The translations under genes were made by a program, and so were the position numbers. Source: Escherichia phage EP02SG. Taken from it: 64,000 nt of DNA. The stretch is from sequence record PQ301181; one strand, 5' to 3'. This document shows, one piece after another, positions 1-12,674 of this stretch. The stretch's first letter is position 1. Each line of letters opens with the position of its first letter. The notes below the pieces were generated by a model. The model saw only the letters and a list, made by a program, of their open reading frames with translations, was not told the origin of the DNA and did not search any database.

Positions 1-1839
<1,839 letters not shown>

Positions 1840-1866
1840 AAATAAAGCAAATTAAGAGGAATTAAA

Positions 1867-3849
1867 ATGGCACTTCTCTCTCCGGGCGTTGAGCTCAAAG
1901 AAACTACCGTACAGAGTACTGTAGTTAATAACTCCACTGGTACTGCTGCCCTGGCTGGAAAATTCCAATGGGGACCTGCATTCCAGATTAAACAAATCAC
2001 TGATGAAGTTGCATTAGTTGATATGTTTGGTACTCCTAATACGGATACAGCAGATTATTTCATGTCTGCTATGAACTTCCTTCAATATGGTAATGACCTT
2101 CGTGTTGTACGCGCAGTTGATCGTGATACTGCTAAGAACTCATCTCCTGTAGCAGGCAATATTGAATTCACAATCTCTGCTGCTGGTAGTAACTATGCAG
2201 TTGGTGATAAAATTATCGTTAAGTATTTGACCGAAACTGTTGAAGCAGATGGTTATGTCACTTCAGTTGATGTCGATGGTAAAATTCTTAACATTTATAT
2301 CCCAACCGGTAAAATTATTGCTCGTGCAAAAGAAATTAATGAATATCCGGCATTGGGTTCTAATTGGACCGCCGAAGTTGCCAGTTCTTCTTCTGGACTT
2401 TCTGGCGTTATTACAATTGGTTCTATCGTAACCGATTCGGGTATTCTGTTAACTGAAGTTGAAACTTCTGAAGAAGCTATTACTTCTCTAACTTTCCAAG
2501 AATCTATTAAAAAATATGGCGTTCCAGGCGTAGTTGCTCTTTATCCTGGTGAACTTGGTGACCAGCTCGAAATTGAAATCGTATCTAAAGCAGACTATGA
2601 CAAAGGTGCTTCAGCCCAGTTAAAAATTTATCCTGATGGTGGTACTCGTGCATCTACTGCTAAAGCAGTGTTTGGATATGGCCCGCAAACTGATGACCAA
2701 TATGCAATTATCGTTCGTCGTAACGATGCTGTAGTTCAGAGCGTAATTCTTTCTACTAAGCGCGGTGAACGCGATATTTATGGTAGTAATATCTTTATTG
2801 ATGATTTCTTTGCTAAAGGCGCAAGCAATTATATTTTCGCTACTGCACAAGGTTGGCCAAAAGGTTTCTCTGGCGTAATCAAACTGGGTGGCGGCTTATC
2901 ATCTAATGAAACGGTTGACGCTGGTGATTTAATGGAAGCTTGGGATTTGTTTGCTGACCGTGAATCTGTTAATGCGCAGTTGTTTATTGCCGGTTCTTGT
3001 GCAGGTGAATCTTTAGAAGTTGCTTCTACAGTTCAGAAACATGTTGTAGCAATTGGTGATTCTCGCCAAGATTGTTTGGTTCTTTGCTCACCGCCACGTG
3101 CAACCATAGTCGGTATTCCTGTTAATCGTGCAGTTGATAATCTGGTTGATTGGCGTACTGCGTCAGGAACTTACACTGATAATAACTTTAATGTAAGTTC
3201 TACTTACGCTGCTATTGACGGTAACTATAAATATCAATATGACAAATATAATGATGTGAATCGCTGGGTTCCATTAGCTGCTGATATTGCTGGACTTTGT
3301 GCTCGCACAGACAATATTTCTCAGCCTTGGATGTCTCCAGCCGGTTATAACCGTGGTCAAATTCTTAACGTTATTAAGCTTGCAATAGAAACTCGTCAAC
3401 CGCAGCGTGATCGTTTGTATCAGGAAGCTATTAACCCTGTTACTGGTACCGGTGGTGATGGGTATGTTCTGTACGGTGATAAAACTGCCACTTCTGTTCC
3501 TTCACCATTTGACCGTATTAACGTTCGTCGTTTGTTCAATATGGTTAAAACGAACATTGGTTCAGCATCTAAATATCGCCTGTTTGAATTGAACAACGCA
3601 TTTACCCGTTCTTCTTTCCGTACAGAGACTTCTCAATATCTACAGGGTATTAAAGCTCTTGGTGGTGTATATAACTTTAAAGTTGTTTGTGATACTACCA
3701 ATAACACCCCAGCAGTTATCGACCGTAATGAATTTGTAGCTACTTTCTACTTACAACCTGCCCGCTCGATAAATTATATTACGTTGAACTTTGTAGCAAC
3801 AGCAACGGGTGCCGATTTCGACGAACTAATTGGTGCTGTAGGTGCCTAA
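1867..3849 (+). CDS. 18: Tail sheath protein (gp18)
   Basis: 660-aa ORF, T4 gp18 is ~659 aa; AGAGG RBS; TATAAATA late promoter upstream. Confidence 0.95.
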   Translation: MALLSPGVELKETTVQSTVVNNSTGTAALAGKFQWGPAFQIKQITDEVALVDMFGTPNTDTADYFMSAMNFLQYGNDLRVVRAVDRDTAKNSSPVAGNIEFTISAAGSNYAVGDKIIVKYLTETVEADGYVTSVDVDGKILNIYIPTGKIIARAKEINEYPALGSNWTAEVASSSSGLSGVITIGSIVTDSGILLTEVETSEEAITSLTFQESIKKYGVPGVVALYPGELGDQLEIEIVSKADYDKGASAQLKIYPDGGTRASTAKAVFGYGPQTDDQYAIIVRRNDAVVQSVILSTKRGERDIYGSNIFIDDFFAKGASNYIFATAQGWPKGFSGVIKLGGGLSSNETVDAGDLMEAWDLFADRESVNAQLFIAGSCAGESLEVASTVQKHVVAIGDSRQDCLVLCSPPRATIVGIPVNRAVDNLVDWRTASGTYTDNNFNVSSTYAAIDGNYKYQYDKYNDVNRWVPLAADIAGLCARTDNISQPWMSPAGYNRGQILNVIKLAIETRQPQRDRLYQEAINPVTGTGGDGYVLYGDKTATSVPSPFDRINVRRLFNMVKTNIGSASKYRLFELNNAFTRSSFRTETSQYLQGIKALGGVYNFKVVCDTTNNTPAVIDRNEFVATFYLQPARSINYITLNFVATATGADFDELIGAVGA

Positions 3850-3862
3850 TAAGACGCCTGAT

Positions 3863-3880
3863 GGGCTATTTCGGTAGCCC
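3863..3880 (+). other. RNA hairpin with UUCG loop after gene 18 (no U-tract)
   Basis: GGGCTAT-TTCG-GTAGCCC directly abutting the gene 19 late promoter. Confidence 0.5.
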
Positions 3881-3881
3881 A

Positions 3882-3889
3882 TATAAATA
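3882..3889 (+). promoter_or_regulatory. Late promoter TATAAATA for gene 19
   Basis: Exact TATAAATA immediately after the hairpin that follows gene 18. Confidence 0.65.
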
Positions 3890-3961
3890 TACTATATCGT
3901 TTAAAAATTAATTCTATGGGCCTCCGGTTAATCCTAAGCCCATATTACTACAGAGGCTAAT

Positions 3962-4453
3962 ATGTTTGTAGATGACGTAACTCGTGCCTTCGAATCAGGT
4001 GATTTCGCTCGCCCTAACCTGTTCGAAGTAGAAATCTCTTATCTTGGGCAAAACTTTAGCTTCCAGTGTCGTGCTACGGCTCTTCCTGCTGCGATTGTTG
4101 AAAAGGTTCCTGTTTCTTATATGAACCGTAAAATTAACGTGGCTGGTGATCGTACATTCGATGATTGGACTATTACGGTAATGAACGATGATGCTCATAG
4201 CATTCGTCAGAAATTTGTTGATTGGCAAGGTATTGCAGCAGGACAAGGTAATGAAATTACCGGTGGAAAACCTGCTGAATATAAAAAGACTGCTATCGTT
4301 CGTCAATTTGCTCGTGATGCTAAAACGGTCACTAAAGAAGTTGAAATTGTCGGCTTGTGGCCTACTAACGTTGGTGAAGTATCTCTTGACTGGGACAGCA
4401 ATAACGAGATTGAAACGTTCGAAGTAACTCTTGCTCTTGATTGGTGGGAATAA
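3962..4453 (+). CDS. 19: Tail tube protein (gp19)
   Basis: 163-aa ORF, same length as T4 gp19; position after gene 18; late promoter upstream. Confidence 0.93.
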   Translation: MFVDDVTRAFESGDFARPNLFEVEISYLGQNFSFQCRATALPAAIVEKVPVSYMNRKINVAGDRTFDDWTITVMNDDAHSIRQKFVDWQGIAAGQGNEITGGKPAEYKKTAIVRQFARDAKTVTKEVEIVGLWPTNVGEVSLDWDSNNEIETFEVTLALDWWE

Positions 4454-4459
4454 TCTGGT

Positions 4460-4475
4460 TGGGGAGAAATCCCCA
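4460..4475 (+). other. RNA hairpin after gene 19
   Basis: TGGGG-AGAAAT-CCCCA between the gene 19 stop and the gene 20 promoter. Confidence 0.4.
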
Positions 4476-4501
4476 GCTTCCCGTGATGACGGAGAAGTCC
4501 A

Positions 4502-4509
4502 TATAAATA
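4502..4509 (+). promoter_or_regulatory. Late promoter TATAAATA for gene 20
   Basis: Exact TATAAATA ~29 nt upstream of the gene 20 ATG. Confidence 0.65.
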
Positions 4510-4537
4510 TAACTATAATTCCCATTCGGAGAATACA

Positions 4538-6109
4538 ATGAAATTTAATATCTTAAGTTTGTTTGCTCCATGGGCAAAAATGGACGAACGTGATTACAAA
4601 GACCAAGAAAAAGAAAATTTAGAATCTATCACCACACCAAAATTAGACGACGGCGCTAAAGAATACGAAGTATCTGAAAATGAAGCACAGCAAACATATA
4701 ATGCTATGTTTCAGAGAATGTTCGGTAGTCAAGAACCAGGGCTCAAATCAACCCGTGAATTAATCGATACGTATCGAAATTTGATGACGAACTATGAAGT
4801 GGATAACGCGGTCTCTGAAATAGTTTCCGATGCTATCGTGTATGAAGATGATACAGAAGTCGTTTCTATAAATTTAGACAACACAAAATTTAGTCCAAAT
4901 ATCAAATCAATGATGTTGGATGAATTTAACGAAGTGTTAAATCATTTATCTTTCCAACGTAAAGGTTCAGATCATTTTAGACGTTGGTATGTGGATTCTC
5001 GAATTTTCTTCCATAAAATTATTGACCCTAAACGCCCTAAAGAAGGTATTAAAGAGCTTCGTCGTTTAGACCCACGTCAAGTTCAATATGTCCGTGAAGT
5101 TATTACAACCACTGAAGCCGGTGTTAAAATAGTCAAGGGTTATAAAGAATATTTCATTTATGACACATCACACGAATCTTATGCTTGTGATGGTCGCATA
5201 TATGAAGCTGGCACAAAAATAAAAATCCCTAAAGCCGCGATTGTTTATGCCCATTCTGGTTTAGTTGATTGTTGTGGTAAAAATATCATCGGTTATTTGC
5301 ATCGGGCTATTAAGCCAGCGAACCAATTAAAACTTCTTGAGGATGCCGTAGTAATTTATCGTATTACTCGTGCTCCTGATCGTCGTGTATGGTACGTTGA
5401 TACAGGTAATATGCCTTCAAGAAAAGCAGCAGAACATATGCAACATGTTATGAATACTATGAAAAACCGTATTGCATATGATGCTACTACAGGCAAGATT
5501 AAAAACCAGCAGCATATTATGTCGATGACCGAAGATTATTGGTTACAACGACGTGATGGTAAAGCAGTAACAGAAGTTGACACATTACCGGGTGCAGATA
5601 ATACTGGAAATATGGAAGATGTACGTTGGTTCCGTAATGCGCTTTATATGGCTTTACGTATTCCTATTACCCGTATTCCAAGTGACCAAGGTGGTATACA
5701 GTTTGATGCTGGTACTTCTATTACGCGAGATGAATTGTCATTTGGTAAATTTATTCGTGAGCTGCAACATAAATTTGAAGAGATATTCCTAGACCCGCTT
5801 AAAACTAATTTAATTCTTAAAGGAATTATTACAGAAGATGAGTGGAATGATGAAATAAATAATATTAAGATAAAATTTCATCGGGATAGTTATTTCTCGG
5901 AATTAAAGGATGCTGAGATTCTGGAGCGTCGCATTAATATGCTTCAGATGGCCGAACCATTTATTGGTAAATATATTTCTCACAGAACAGCTATGAAAGA
6001 TATTCTTCAGATGTCTGACGAGGAAATTGAACAAGAGGCTAAGCAAATTGAAGAAGAGTCGAAAGAGGCTCGTTTCCAAGACCCCGACCAAGAACAAGAG
6101 GATTTTTAA
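4538..6109 (+). CDS. 20: Portal vertex protein (gp20)
   Basis: 523-aa ORF; position and length match T4 gp20 (~524 aa). Confidence 0.93.
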   Translation: MKFNILSLFAPWAKMDERDYKDQEKENLESITTPKLDDGAKEYEVSENEAQQTYNAMFQRMFGSQEPGLKSTRELIDTYRNLMTNYEVDNAVSEIVSDAIVYEDDTEVVSINLDNTKFSPNIKSMMLDEFNEVLNHLSFQRKGSDHFRRWYVDSRIFFHKIIDPKRPKEGIKELRRLDPRQVQYVREVITTTEAGVKIVKGYKEYFIYDTSHESYACDGRIYEAGTKIKIPKAAIVYAHSGLVDCCGKNIIGYLHRAIKPANQLKLLEDAVVIYRITRAPDRRVWYVDTGNMPSRKAAEHMQHVMNTMKNRIAYDATTGKIKNQQHIMSMTEDYWLQRRDGKAVTEVDTLPGADNTGNMEDVRWFRNALYMALRIPITRIPSDQGGIQFDAGTSITRDELSFGKFIRELQHKFEEIFLDPLKTNLILKGIITEDEWNDEINNIKIKFHRDSYFSELKDAEILERRINMLQMAEPFIGKYISHRTAMKDILQMSDEEIEQEAKQIEEESKEARFQDPDQEQEDF

Positions 6110-6339
6110 TGGACGATTTAATTCAAGCTATTAAATCAAACGACCTCGTTGCTACTCGAAAGTTTTTTGAAAGTGCAATGGCAGAAAAAACGGTTCGTTT
6201 GATTGAAGCACGCAAAGCAGAAATCGCTTCTCAATTTTTGATTGAAGGCGAAGAACCTGAAGAAGAAAAGAAAGCTTCGGAAGACGACGCTGATGAAGGC
6301 GATGACGACGAAGACGAAGATGATGAGGACGATGAATAA
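6109..6339 (+). CDS. 67: Prohead core protein (gp67-like), acidic C-terminus
   Basis: 76-aa ORF with poly-D/E tail; start overlaps gene 20 stop; position matches T4 gene 67. Confidence 0.8.
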   Translation: MDDLIQAIKSNDLVATRKFFESAMAEKTVRLIEARKAEIASQFLIEGEEPEEEKKASEDDADEGDDDEDEDDEDDE

Positions 6340-6764
6340 TGTATCTTATCCCTGAATCTTATGAATTGGTACTCGAAAATGTCGAAGCACTTATTCCTGA
6401 AGCACAGGGCCGAATCGATGCATTGTCTTCTGCTCTCGATATTGACGATATAAATACTATTATCGAGAACATGCTTGAAACTGAAACGGATTTAGCTGTT
6501 GCAATGGCTTCCATTATTAATGAAGAACAGTTAAATGAGTTTATCGTTAAACATGTTTCTTCTCGTGGTGAAGTCACTCGCACTAAAGACCGTAAAACTC
6601 GTGAACGTAACGCGTTCCAAACAACTGGTCTTTCTAAAGCAAAACGTAGACAAATCGCTCGTAAGGTCGTTAAAGCTAAAAAAGCTAACCCTTCAGGCCA
6701 AGTTAAAGGCTTGCGTAAGCGTAAAAAAGCTCTTAAACGTCGTAAAGCATTAGGATTAAGCTAA
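6339..6764 (+). CDS. 68: Prohead core protein (gp68-like)
   Basis: 141-aa ORF with basic C-terminus; position and length match T4 gene 68. Confidence 0.8.
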   Translation: MYLIPESYELVLENVEALIPEAQGRIDALSSALDIDDINTIIENMLETETDLAVAMASIINEEQLNEFIVKHVSSRGEVTRTKDRKTRERNAFQTTGLSKAKRRQIARKVVKAKKANPSGQVKGLRKRKKALKRRKALGLS

Positions 6765-7405
6765 TGAATAAACCCGAGTTACTTATTGAAACTTGGGGTC
6801 AACCCGGTGAGATTATTGATGGCGTTCCAATGTTGGAATCTCATGATGGAAAAGATTCTGGCTTAAAACCAGGGCTTTATATAGAAGGTATTTTTCTTCA
6901 GGCAGAGGTTGTTAACCGAAATAAACGTTTATATCCTAAACGTGTTTTGGAAAAAGCAGTAAGTGACTATATTAAAGAACAAGTTGCAACCAAACAAGCC
7001 CTTGGAGAATTAAACCATCCACCTCGTGCAAATGTTGACCCTATGCAAGCCGCTATCATTATTGAAGATATGTGGTGGAAAGGAAACGATGTATATGGAC
7101 GTGCTAGAATTATTGAAGGCGACCATGGTCCCGGTGATAAATTAGCTGCTAATATACGAGCTGGTTGGATTCCAGGTGTTTCCTCTCGTGGTCTTGGTTC
7201 TTTAACCGACACCAATAAAGGGTACCGTATCGTGAACGAAGGATTTAAATTAACCGTCGGCGTAGATGCCGTATGGGGACCTTCTGCTCCAGATGCTTGG
7301 GTTACTCCTAAACAAATATCAGAATCAGAAAATTCGGTGGAAATCACCAAAAACAGTGCTGACGAAGCATTTAAAGCTCTCGCAGAGAGTTTAAAAGCAT
7401 TATAA
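6764..7405 (+). CDS. 21: Prohead core scaffold protease (gp21)
   Basis: 213-aa ORF; T4 gp21 ~212 aa; position between 68 and 22. Confidence 0.9.
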   Translation: MNKPELLIETWGQPGEIIDGVPMLESHDGKDSGLKPGLYIEGIFLQAEVVNRNKRLYPKRVLEKAVSDYIKEQVATKQALGELNHPPRANVDPMQAAIIIEDMWWKGNDVYGRARIIEGDHGPGDKLAANIRAGWIPGVSSRGLGSLTDTNKGYRIVNEGFKLTVGVDAVWGPSAPDAWVTPKQISESENSVEITKNSADEAFKALAESLKAL

Positions 7406-7408
7406 ATA
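7401..7408 (+). promoter_or_regulatory. Late promoter TATAAATA for gene 22
   Basis: Exact TATAAATA overlapping the gene 21 stop, ~31 nt upstream of the gene 22 ATG. Confidence 0.65.
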
Positions 7409-7438
7409 ATAATGTAATCTAAACCACAGGACACTAAA

Positions 7439-8251
7439 ATGATCAAAGAACAACTTTTGAAAGAAGCTCAGAATATCGAGACTTCAGTTGCTCTTAATAG
7501 TGTTTTCGAATCAGTAGAACTGTCTCCGGACGTTAAAGCTAATTTCAGCACTGTATTCGAAGCCACCGTTAAGCAGGAAGCAGTCAAACTAGCTGAATCT
7601 CATATCAAAGCTATCGCCGAAAAAGCCGAAGAAGAAGTTGAAAAGGCTAAAGAAGATGCTGAAGAGAAAGCTGATAAAAAATTGGCTGAACAAGCTTCTA
7701 AATTCCTAGACCATCTTGCAAAAGAATGGCTCGCAGAAAACCAAATCGCAGTTGATAAAGGCATTAAAGCTGATTTGTTCGAATCCATGCTTGGTGGTCT
7801 GAAAGAACTGTTTGTTGAACATAACGTTGTTGTTCCAGAAGAATCTGTAGATGTTGTAGCAGAAATGGAAGAAGAGCTGGCCGAACATAAAGAAGAAACC
7901 GCTCGTTTGTTCGAAGAAGTTACCAAACGTGATGCATATATCAATTACGTTCAGCGTGAAACCGCTATTAATGAAAGCGTAAAAGACCTGACTGAATCTC
8001 AGAAAGAAAAAGTTATTGGCCTGGTTGAAGGTATGGATTATTCTGACGCATTTGGTACTAAGTTAACTGCTATTGTAGAAATGGTTAAAGGTTCTACTAA
8101 AGAAGAAGCCGCTATTACCGAAAGTATAAATACAGTTGACAATGACGCTGCCGGTCTTAATTTTGTTGCCGAAGCAGTTGACACTACCACAACTCAGGTA
8201 GAACAGAATTCTAATGTAAGTTTATATGCGAAAGTCGCATCTCGTTTCTAA
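7439..8251 (+). CDS. 22: Prohead core scaffolding protein (gp22)
   Basis: 270-aa acidic, coiled-coil-rich ORF; T4 gp22 ~269 aa; late promoter upstream. Confidence 0.9.
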   Translation: MIKEQLLKEAQNIETSVALNSVFESVELSPDVKANFSTVFEATVKQEAVKLAESHIKAIAEKAEEEVEKAKEDAEEKADKKLAEQASKFLDHLAKEWLAENQIAVDKGIKADLFESMLGGLKELFVEHNVVVPEESVDVVAEMEEELAEHKEETARLFEEVTKRDAYINYVQRETAINESVKDLTESQKEKVIGLVEGMDYSDAFGTKLTAIVEMVKGSTKEEAAITESINTVDNDAAGLNFVAEAVDTTTTQVEQNSNVSLYAKVASRF

Positions 8252-8268
8252 TTTAAAGGTTAACACAA

Positions 8269-9837
8269 ATGACTACTATCAAAACTAAAGCTCAGCTCGT
8301 AGACAAATGGAAAGAACTGCTGGAAGGTGAAGGCCTGCCGGAAATCGCTAATAGCAAGCAGGCTATTATCGCTAAAATCTTCGAAAACCAGGAAAAAGAT
8401 TTCGAAGTATCCCCTGAATATAAAGACGAGAAAATCGCTCAGGCATTTGGTTCTTTCTTGACCGAAGCTGAAATTGGTGGTGACCATGGTTATAATGCTC
8501 AGAACATCGCAGCAGGTCAAACCTCTGGTGCAGTAACCCAAATTGGGCCGGCAGTTATGGGTATGGTTCGTCGTGCTATTCCTAATCTGATCGCTTTTGA
8601 TATTTGTGGTGTTCAGCCTATGAACAGCCCGACCGGTCAGGTATTTGCTCTCCGTGCAGTATATGGTAAAGACCCTATCGCTGCTGGCGCTAAAGAAGCT
8701 TTCCATCCGATGTATGCCCCAGACGCGATGTTCTCTGGTCAGGGTGCTGCTAAGAAATTCCCAGCTCTAGCTGCTGACACTACTACTGTTGTAGGTGATA
8801 TCTATACTCACTTCTTCCAAGAAACTGGTACTGTATATCTGCAAGCTTCTGCTATCGTAACACTTGATTCTGGTGCAACTGATGCAGCTAAATTAGATGC
8901 AGAAGTTAAGAAACAAATGGAAGCTGGTGCACTGGTAGAAATCGCTGAAGGTATGGCTACTTCTATCGCTGAACTCCAGGAAGGTTTCAACGGTTCTACC
9001 GATAACCCATGGAATGAAATGGGCTTCCGTATCGATAAACAAGTTATTGAAGCTAAATCTCGCCAGCTGAAAGCTGCTTACTCTATCGAATTAGCACAAG
9101 ACCTCCGTGCAGTACACGGTATGGATGCTGATGCTGAACTGAGCGGTATTCTGGCTACAGAAATTATGCTAGAAATCAACCGTGAAGTTGTTGATTGGAT
9201 TAACTACTCAGCACAGGTTGGTAAATCTGGTATGACCCTGACTCCGGGTTCTAAAGCTGGTGTATTTGACTTCCAGGACCCGATTGATATCCGTGGTGCT
9301 CGTTGGGCCGGTGAAAGCTTTAAATCTCTGTTGTTCCAGATTGATAAAGAAGCAGTTGAAATTGCTCGTCAAACCGGTCGTGGTGAAGGTAACTTCATTA
9401 TCGCTTCCCGTAACGTAGTTAACGTACTGGCTTCAGTTGATACTGGTATTTCTTATGCTGCACAGGGTCTGGCTTCTGGTTTTAATACCGACACTACTAA
9501 GTCCGTATTTGCCGGTGTACTTGGTGGTAAATACCGCGTATACATCGACCAGTATGCTAAACAGGATTACTTCACCGTTGGTTACAAAGGCGCTAACGAA
9601 ATGGATGCAGGTATTTACTATGCTCCTTACGTTGCACTTACCCCACTGCGTGGTTCCGATCCTAAGAACTTCCAGCCGGTAATGGGCTTTAAAACTCGTT
9701 ACGGTATCGGTGTTAACCCGTTTGCTGAAAGTTCCCTGCAGGCTCCAGGTGCTCGCATCCAGTCCGGTATGCCGTCTATCCTGAACAGCCTTGGTAAGAA
9801 CGCTTACTTCCGCCGTGTATATGTAAAAGGCATCTAA
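8269..9837 (+). CDS. 23: Major capsid protein (gp23)
   Basis: 522-aa ORF nearly identical over long stretches to T4 gp23 as recalled (e.g. GLPEIANSKQAIIAKIFENQEKDF, NFQPVMGFKTRYGIG). Confidence 0.97.
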   Translation: MTTIKTKAQLVDKWKELLEGEGLPEIANSKQAIIAKIFENQEKDFEVSPEYKDEKIAQAFGSFLTEAEIGGDHGYNAQNIAAGQTSGAVTQIGPAVMGMVRRAIPNLIAFDICGVQPMNSPTGQVFALRAVYGKDPIAAGAKEAFHPMYAPDAMFSGQGAAKKFPALAADTTTVVGDIYTHFFQETGTVYLQASAIVTLDSGATDAAKLDAEVKKQMEAGALVEIAEGMATSIAELQEGFNGSTDNPWNEMGFRIDKQVIEAKSRQLKAAYSIELAQDLRAVHGMDADAELSGILATEIMLEINREVVDWINYSAQVGKSGMTLTPGSKAGVFDFQDPIDIRGARWAGESFKSLLFQIDKEAVEIARQTGRGEGNFIIASRNVVNVLASVDTGISYAAQGLASGFNTDTTKSVFAGVLGGKYRVYIDQYAKQDYFTVGYKGANEMDAGIYYAPYVALTPLRGSDPKNFQPVMGFKTRYGIGVNPFAESSLQAPGARIQSGMPSILNSLGKNAYFRRVYVKGI

Positions 9838-9861
9838 TCTTAATTGATTAAATCTTATTTT

Positions 9862-9888
9862 GGGAGACTTCGGTCTCCCATTTTTGGT
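9862..9888 (+). terminator. Intrinsic terminator after gene 23 (UUCG tetraloop hairpin plus U-tract)
   Basis: GGGAGAC-TTCG-GTCTCCC followed by ATTTTTGGTTTT. Confidence 0.8.
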
Positions 9889-9889
9889 T

Positions 9890-10159
9890 TTATTTCTGTG
9901 TAATTTCGATGTAAGTTTTCAAAATATTTTGCCAATTAGGCATACCTTCTTGGACATATGCTAGAGAACCGTCTTTGTTTTTGAATGATGCAAGTTTATC
10001 AGTGGCCCAATAACCTTTAGCTCGAGCTTCAGAATCAACTTTCATCCATACTTTGTTGAAGGCATTACCATTAACTTTTGCACCATATTTTTCTACTAAC
10101 TTAACTGCTTCAGCTTCTAGAACTTTTAAAGTATCTCGTAAGAAACGTGCTTTAGTCAT
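9890..10159 (-). CDS. Hypothetical protein (89 aa), early accessory gene between genes 23 and 24
   Basis: ATG-initiated ORF on the opposite strand to the flanking late genes; own sigma70-like promoter upstream and UUCG hairpin downstream; no motif recognised. Confidence 0.55.
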   Translation of the reverse strand: MTKARFLRDTLKVLEAEAVKLVEKYGAKVNGNAFNKVWMKVDSEARAKGYWATDKLASFKNKDGSLAYVQEGMPNWQNILKTYIEITQK

Positions 10160-10189
10160 TTTGTTTACTCCTCTGTAGTTGATAAGTCT

Positions 10190-10219
10190 ATAGTATCACA
10201 TACCAAATACGTTGTAAAC
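10190..10219 (-). promoter_or_regulatory. sigma70-like early promoter for the 89-aa ORF
   Basis: Minus strand reads GTTTACA - 17 nt - TACTAT, ~30 nt upstream of the ORF start at 10159. Confidence 0.6.
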
Positions 10220-10225
10220 AATCTT

Positions 10226-10233
10226 TATAAATA
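10226..10233 (+). promoter_or_regulatory. Late promoter TATAAATA for gene 24
   Basis: Exact TATAAATA ~28 nt upstream of the gene 24 ATG. Confidence 0.65.
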
Positions 10234-10260
10234 ATCTATATCACATAAGGAAAAAATGCA

Positions 10261-11544
10261 ATGAGTAAAATCCAAAAATTATTGCGTGAATCTACAACGT
10301 CTACTAGCAACTCAATTGGCCGTCCAAATCTCGTTGCTTTGACTCGCGCTACGACTAAATTAATATATTCTGACATTGTAGCAACACAAAGAACTAATCA
10401 ACCTGTTGCTGCTTTTTATGGTATCAAATATCTTAACCCAGATAACGAATTCACATTTAAAACTGGCGCTACTTATGCGGGTGAAGTTGGATATGTAGAC
10501 CGAGAAAAAATTACTGAGCTAACAGAAGAATCAAAAGTCACACTAAATAAAGGCGATTTTTTCAAATATAATAATATCGTCTATAAAGTGTTAGAAGATA
10601 CACCATTTGCAGATATTCAAGAAAGTGATCTAGAATTAGCTCTTCAGATTGCAGTCGTTCATTTAAAGGTACGGTTATTTTCAGATGCAGCGGTAACAAG
10701 CAAATTTGAAAGCTCTGATAGCGAAATTTCTGATGCAAGATTCCAGATTAATAAATGGCAAACTTCAGTCAAATCTCGTAAACTTAAAACTGGCCTCACG
10801 GTTGAATTAGCGCAAGATTTGGAAGCGAATGGATTTGATGCCCCTAACTTCTTAGAAGATTTGCTTGCTACTGAAATGGCAGATGAAATTAATAAAGATA
10901 TTCTTCAGTCTTTAATTACTGTATCGAAACGTTATAAAGTTACTGGAATCACTGACACTGGATTTATTGACTTGAGCTATGCATCCGCTCCAGAAGCAGG
11001 TCGTTCATTATATCGAATGGTGTGTGAAATGGTATCACACATTCAAAAAGAGACAACTTATACTGCAACGTTTTGTGTAGCCTCAGCTCGTGCAGCTGCT
11101 ATTCTTGCTGCTTCCGGTTGGTTAAAACATAAGCCAGAAGATGACAAGTATCTTTCACAAAATGCTTATGGATTCTTGGCAAATGGATTACCTCTTTACT
11201 GCGATACCAACAGCCCATTAGATTATGTTATTGTGGGTGTTGTAGAAAATCTCGGCGAAAAAGAAATTGTAGGGTCCATCTTTTATGCTCCATACACTGA
11301 AGGAGTAGATTTAGATGACCCGGAACATGTCGGTGCTTTTAAAGTTGTAGTTGATCCAGAAAGCTTGCAACCATCTATTGGATTATTGGTTAGATATGCT
11401 TTATCAGCAAATCCTTACACAGTAGCAAAAGATGAAAAAGAAGCGAGAATAATTGATGGCGGGGACATGGATAAAATGGCAGGACGTTCAGACTTGTCTG
11501 TTTTATTAGGTGTTAAGCTACCAAAAATTATTATTGATGAATAA
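10261..11544 (+). CDS. 24: Head vertex protein (gp24)
   Basis: 427-aa ORF, same length as T4 gp24; late promoter TATAAATA at 10226-10233. Confidence 0.93.
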   Translation: MSKIQKLLRESTTSTSNSIGRPNLVALTRATTKLIYSDIVATQRTNQPVAAFYGIKYLNPDNEFTFKTGATYAGEVGYVDREKITELTEESKVTLNKGDFFKYNNIVYKVLEDTPFADIQESDLELALQIAVVHLKVRLFSDAAVTSKFESSDSEISDARFQINKWQTSVKSRKLKTGLTVELAQDLEANGFDAPNFLEDLLATEMADEINKDILQSLITVSKRYKVTGITDTGFIDLSYASAPEAGRSLYRMVCEMVSHIQKETTYTATFCVASARAAAILAASGWLKHKPEDDKYLSQNAYGFLANGLPLYCDTNSPLDYVIVGVVENLGEKEIVGSIFYAPYTEGVDLDDPEHVGAFKVVVDPESLQPSIGLLVRYALSANPYTVAKDEKEARIIDGGDMDKMAGRSDLSVLLGVKLPKIIIDE

Positions 11545-11550
11545 AACAAA

Positions 11551-11573
11551 GGGACCTTACGGTCCCTTTTTTT
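11551..11573. terminator. Bidirectional intrinsic terminator between gene 24 and rnlB
   Basis: GGGACC-TTAC-GGTCCC followed by TTTTTTT; A-run on the 5-prime side gives a U-tract for the minus strand. Confidence 0.75.
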
Positions 11574-11575
11574 CG

Positions 11576-12583
11576 TTATGATACTAATTCAATCCATGCA
11601 GGACGCAGAACATCTTGCACCATTCGGACTAATTCTTTCTTAACAAGATTTGGATTATCAGATGATGTTAATACAATACCTTCACGAGAAGTTTCTTCCA
11701 GAATATCTTGAACAGTCAATCCCATCACTTTGCCAAAATCTTTTGACGTTACAGTCCCAATCTTAGAAATCACATTATTAACACGATTTATTGTAACATA
11801 ACAAGCTAGAACATCAAGCAAGTTTTTGTCAATTTCGGATAATGGAACCTGAGTTTTAATAGGCTTATCAGACTTTTTCTTTTCACTGAATTTAGAGTTC
11901 TTGCACTTAATAGCTACACGAGTACCGTTTGGCAGCCATTTAGGGAAACAAGGCTTCAGAACATAACCTTCTGCCGTATTATCGCCAATAACATTAGCAT
12001 CAAATACGCAATTATTTGCTTCGACAAGGTCTTCTGACGCAGTAGCATTATAAGCGGCTAAGACGGAATCAAGGTCATTTGGAATCATGATAAGAGAATC
12101 AAATGTGCCACGACCAAGCATTGGTGCCATTTTAAAACCAAACGTATTACAGAAATCTTGCATTTCGTAATCACTCATATAATAAGTATCATCACTTTCC
12201 GTGTTTATGATGATATCGAATACATAGAAATCTTTTTCACCGTAGTCAACACCTTTCTGGATTCCACCACCAGCGAATTCACCAAAGACTTGATATGACA
12301 CCGGCACTGAAGTTGAAATACTTTCCATGACTTCTTGAACGCCTTTAATAGCTTTATCATACTTCTTGAGTACGATTTCATAGCCATAAAAATCTTCTGC
12401 TGGAAGAATAGGGCCTGTGCGCTTGGCGCATGTGACGTTGTCACGTTCAATTATTAACGAGAAGTTGGTCCCATGGATTTTCTCACGTGCTACCCAAACA
12501 CCAGTAGTCAAACCATTAGTGTAGAGTTTTTCAATAAACTTAGAGTTGTAGTGGTTTTCAAGACTGCTGTATTTCTTAAACAT
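11576..12583 (-). CDS. rnlB: RNA ligase 2 (RnlB)
   Basis: 335-aa ORF; nucleotidyltransferase motif EKIHGTN; length and sequence match T4 Rnl2 as recalled. Confidence 0.9.
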   Translation of the reverse strand: MFKKYSSLENHYNSKFIEKLYTNGLTTGVWVAREKIHGTNFSLIIERDNVTCAKRTGPILPAEDFYGYEIVLKKYDKAIKGVQEVMESISTSVPVSYQVFGEFAGGGIQKGVDYGEKDFYVFDIIINTESDDTYYMSDYEMQDFCNTFGFKMAPMLGRGTFDSLIMIPNDLDSVLAAYNATASEDLVEANNCVFDANVIGDNTAEGYVLKPCFPKWLPNGTRVAIKCKNSKFSEKKKSDKPIKTQVPLSEIDKNLLDVLACYVTINRVNNVISKIGTVTSKDFGKVMGLTVQDILEETSREGIVLTSSDNPNLVKKELVRMVQDVLRPAWIELVS

Positions 12584-12674
12584 AAATCACCATTATAAAT
12601 AATAATATCAAAATAATTAGCAGAGACTCTATCTCTGACCAGATGTTTAATTTGAATGGATAGAACCTAGATTC

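Noticed and set aside
12594-12601. Plus-strand TATAAATA next to the rnlB start
   Set aside because: No plus-strand gene lies downstream (the next genes are all minus strand); likely a chance occurrence in AT-rich leader sequence.
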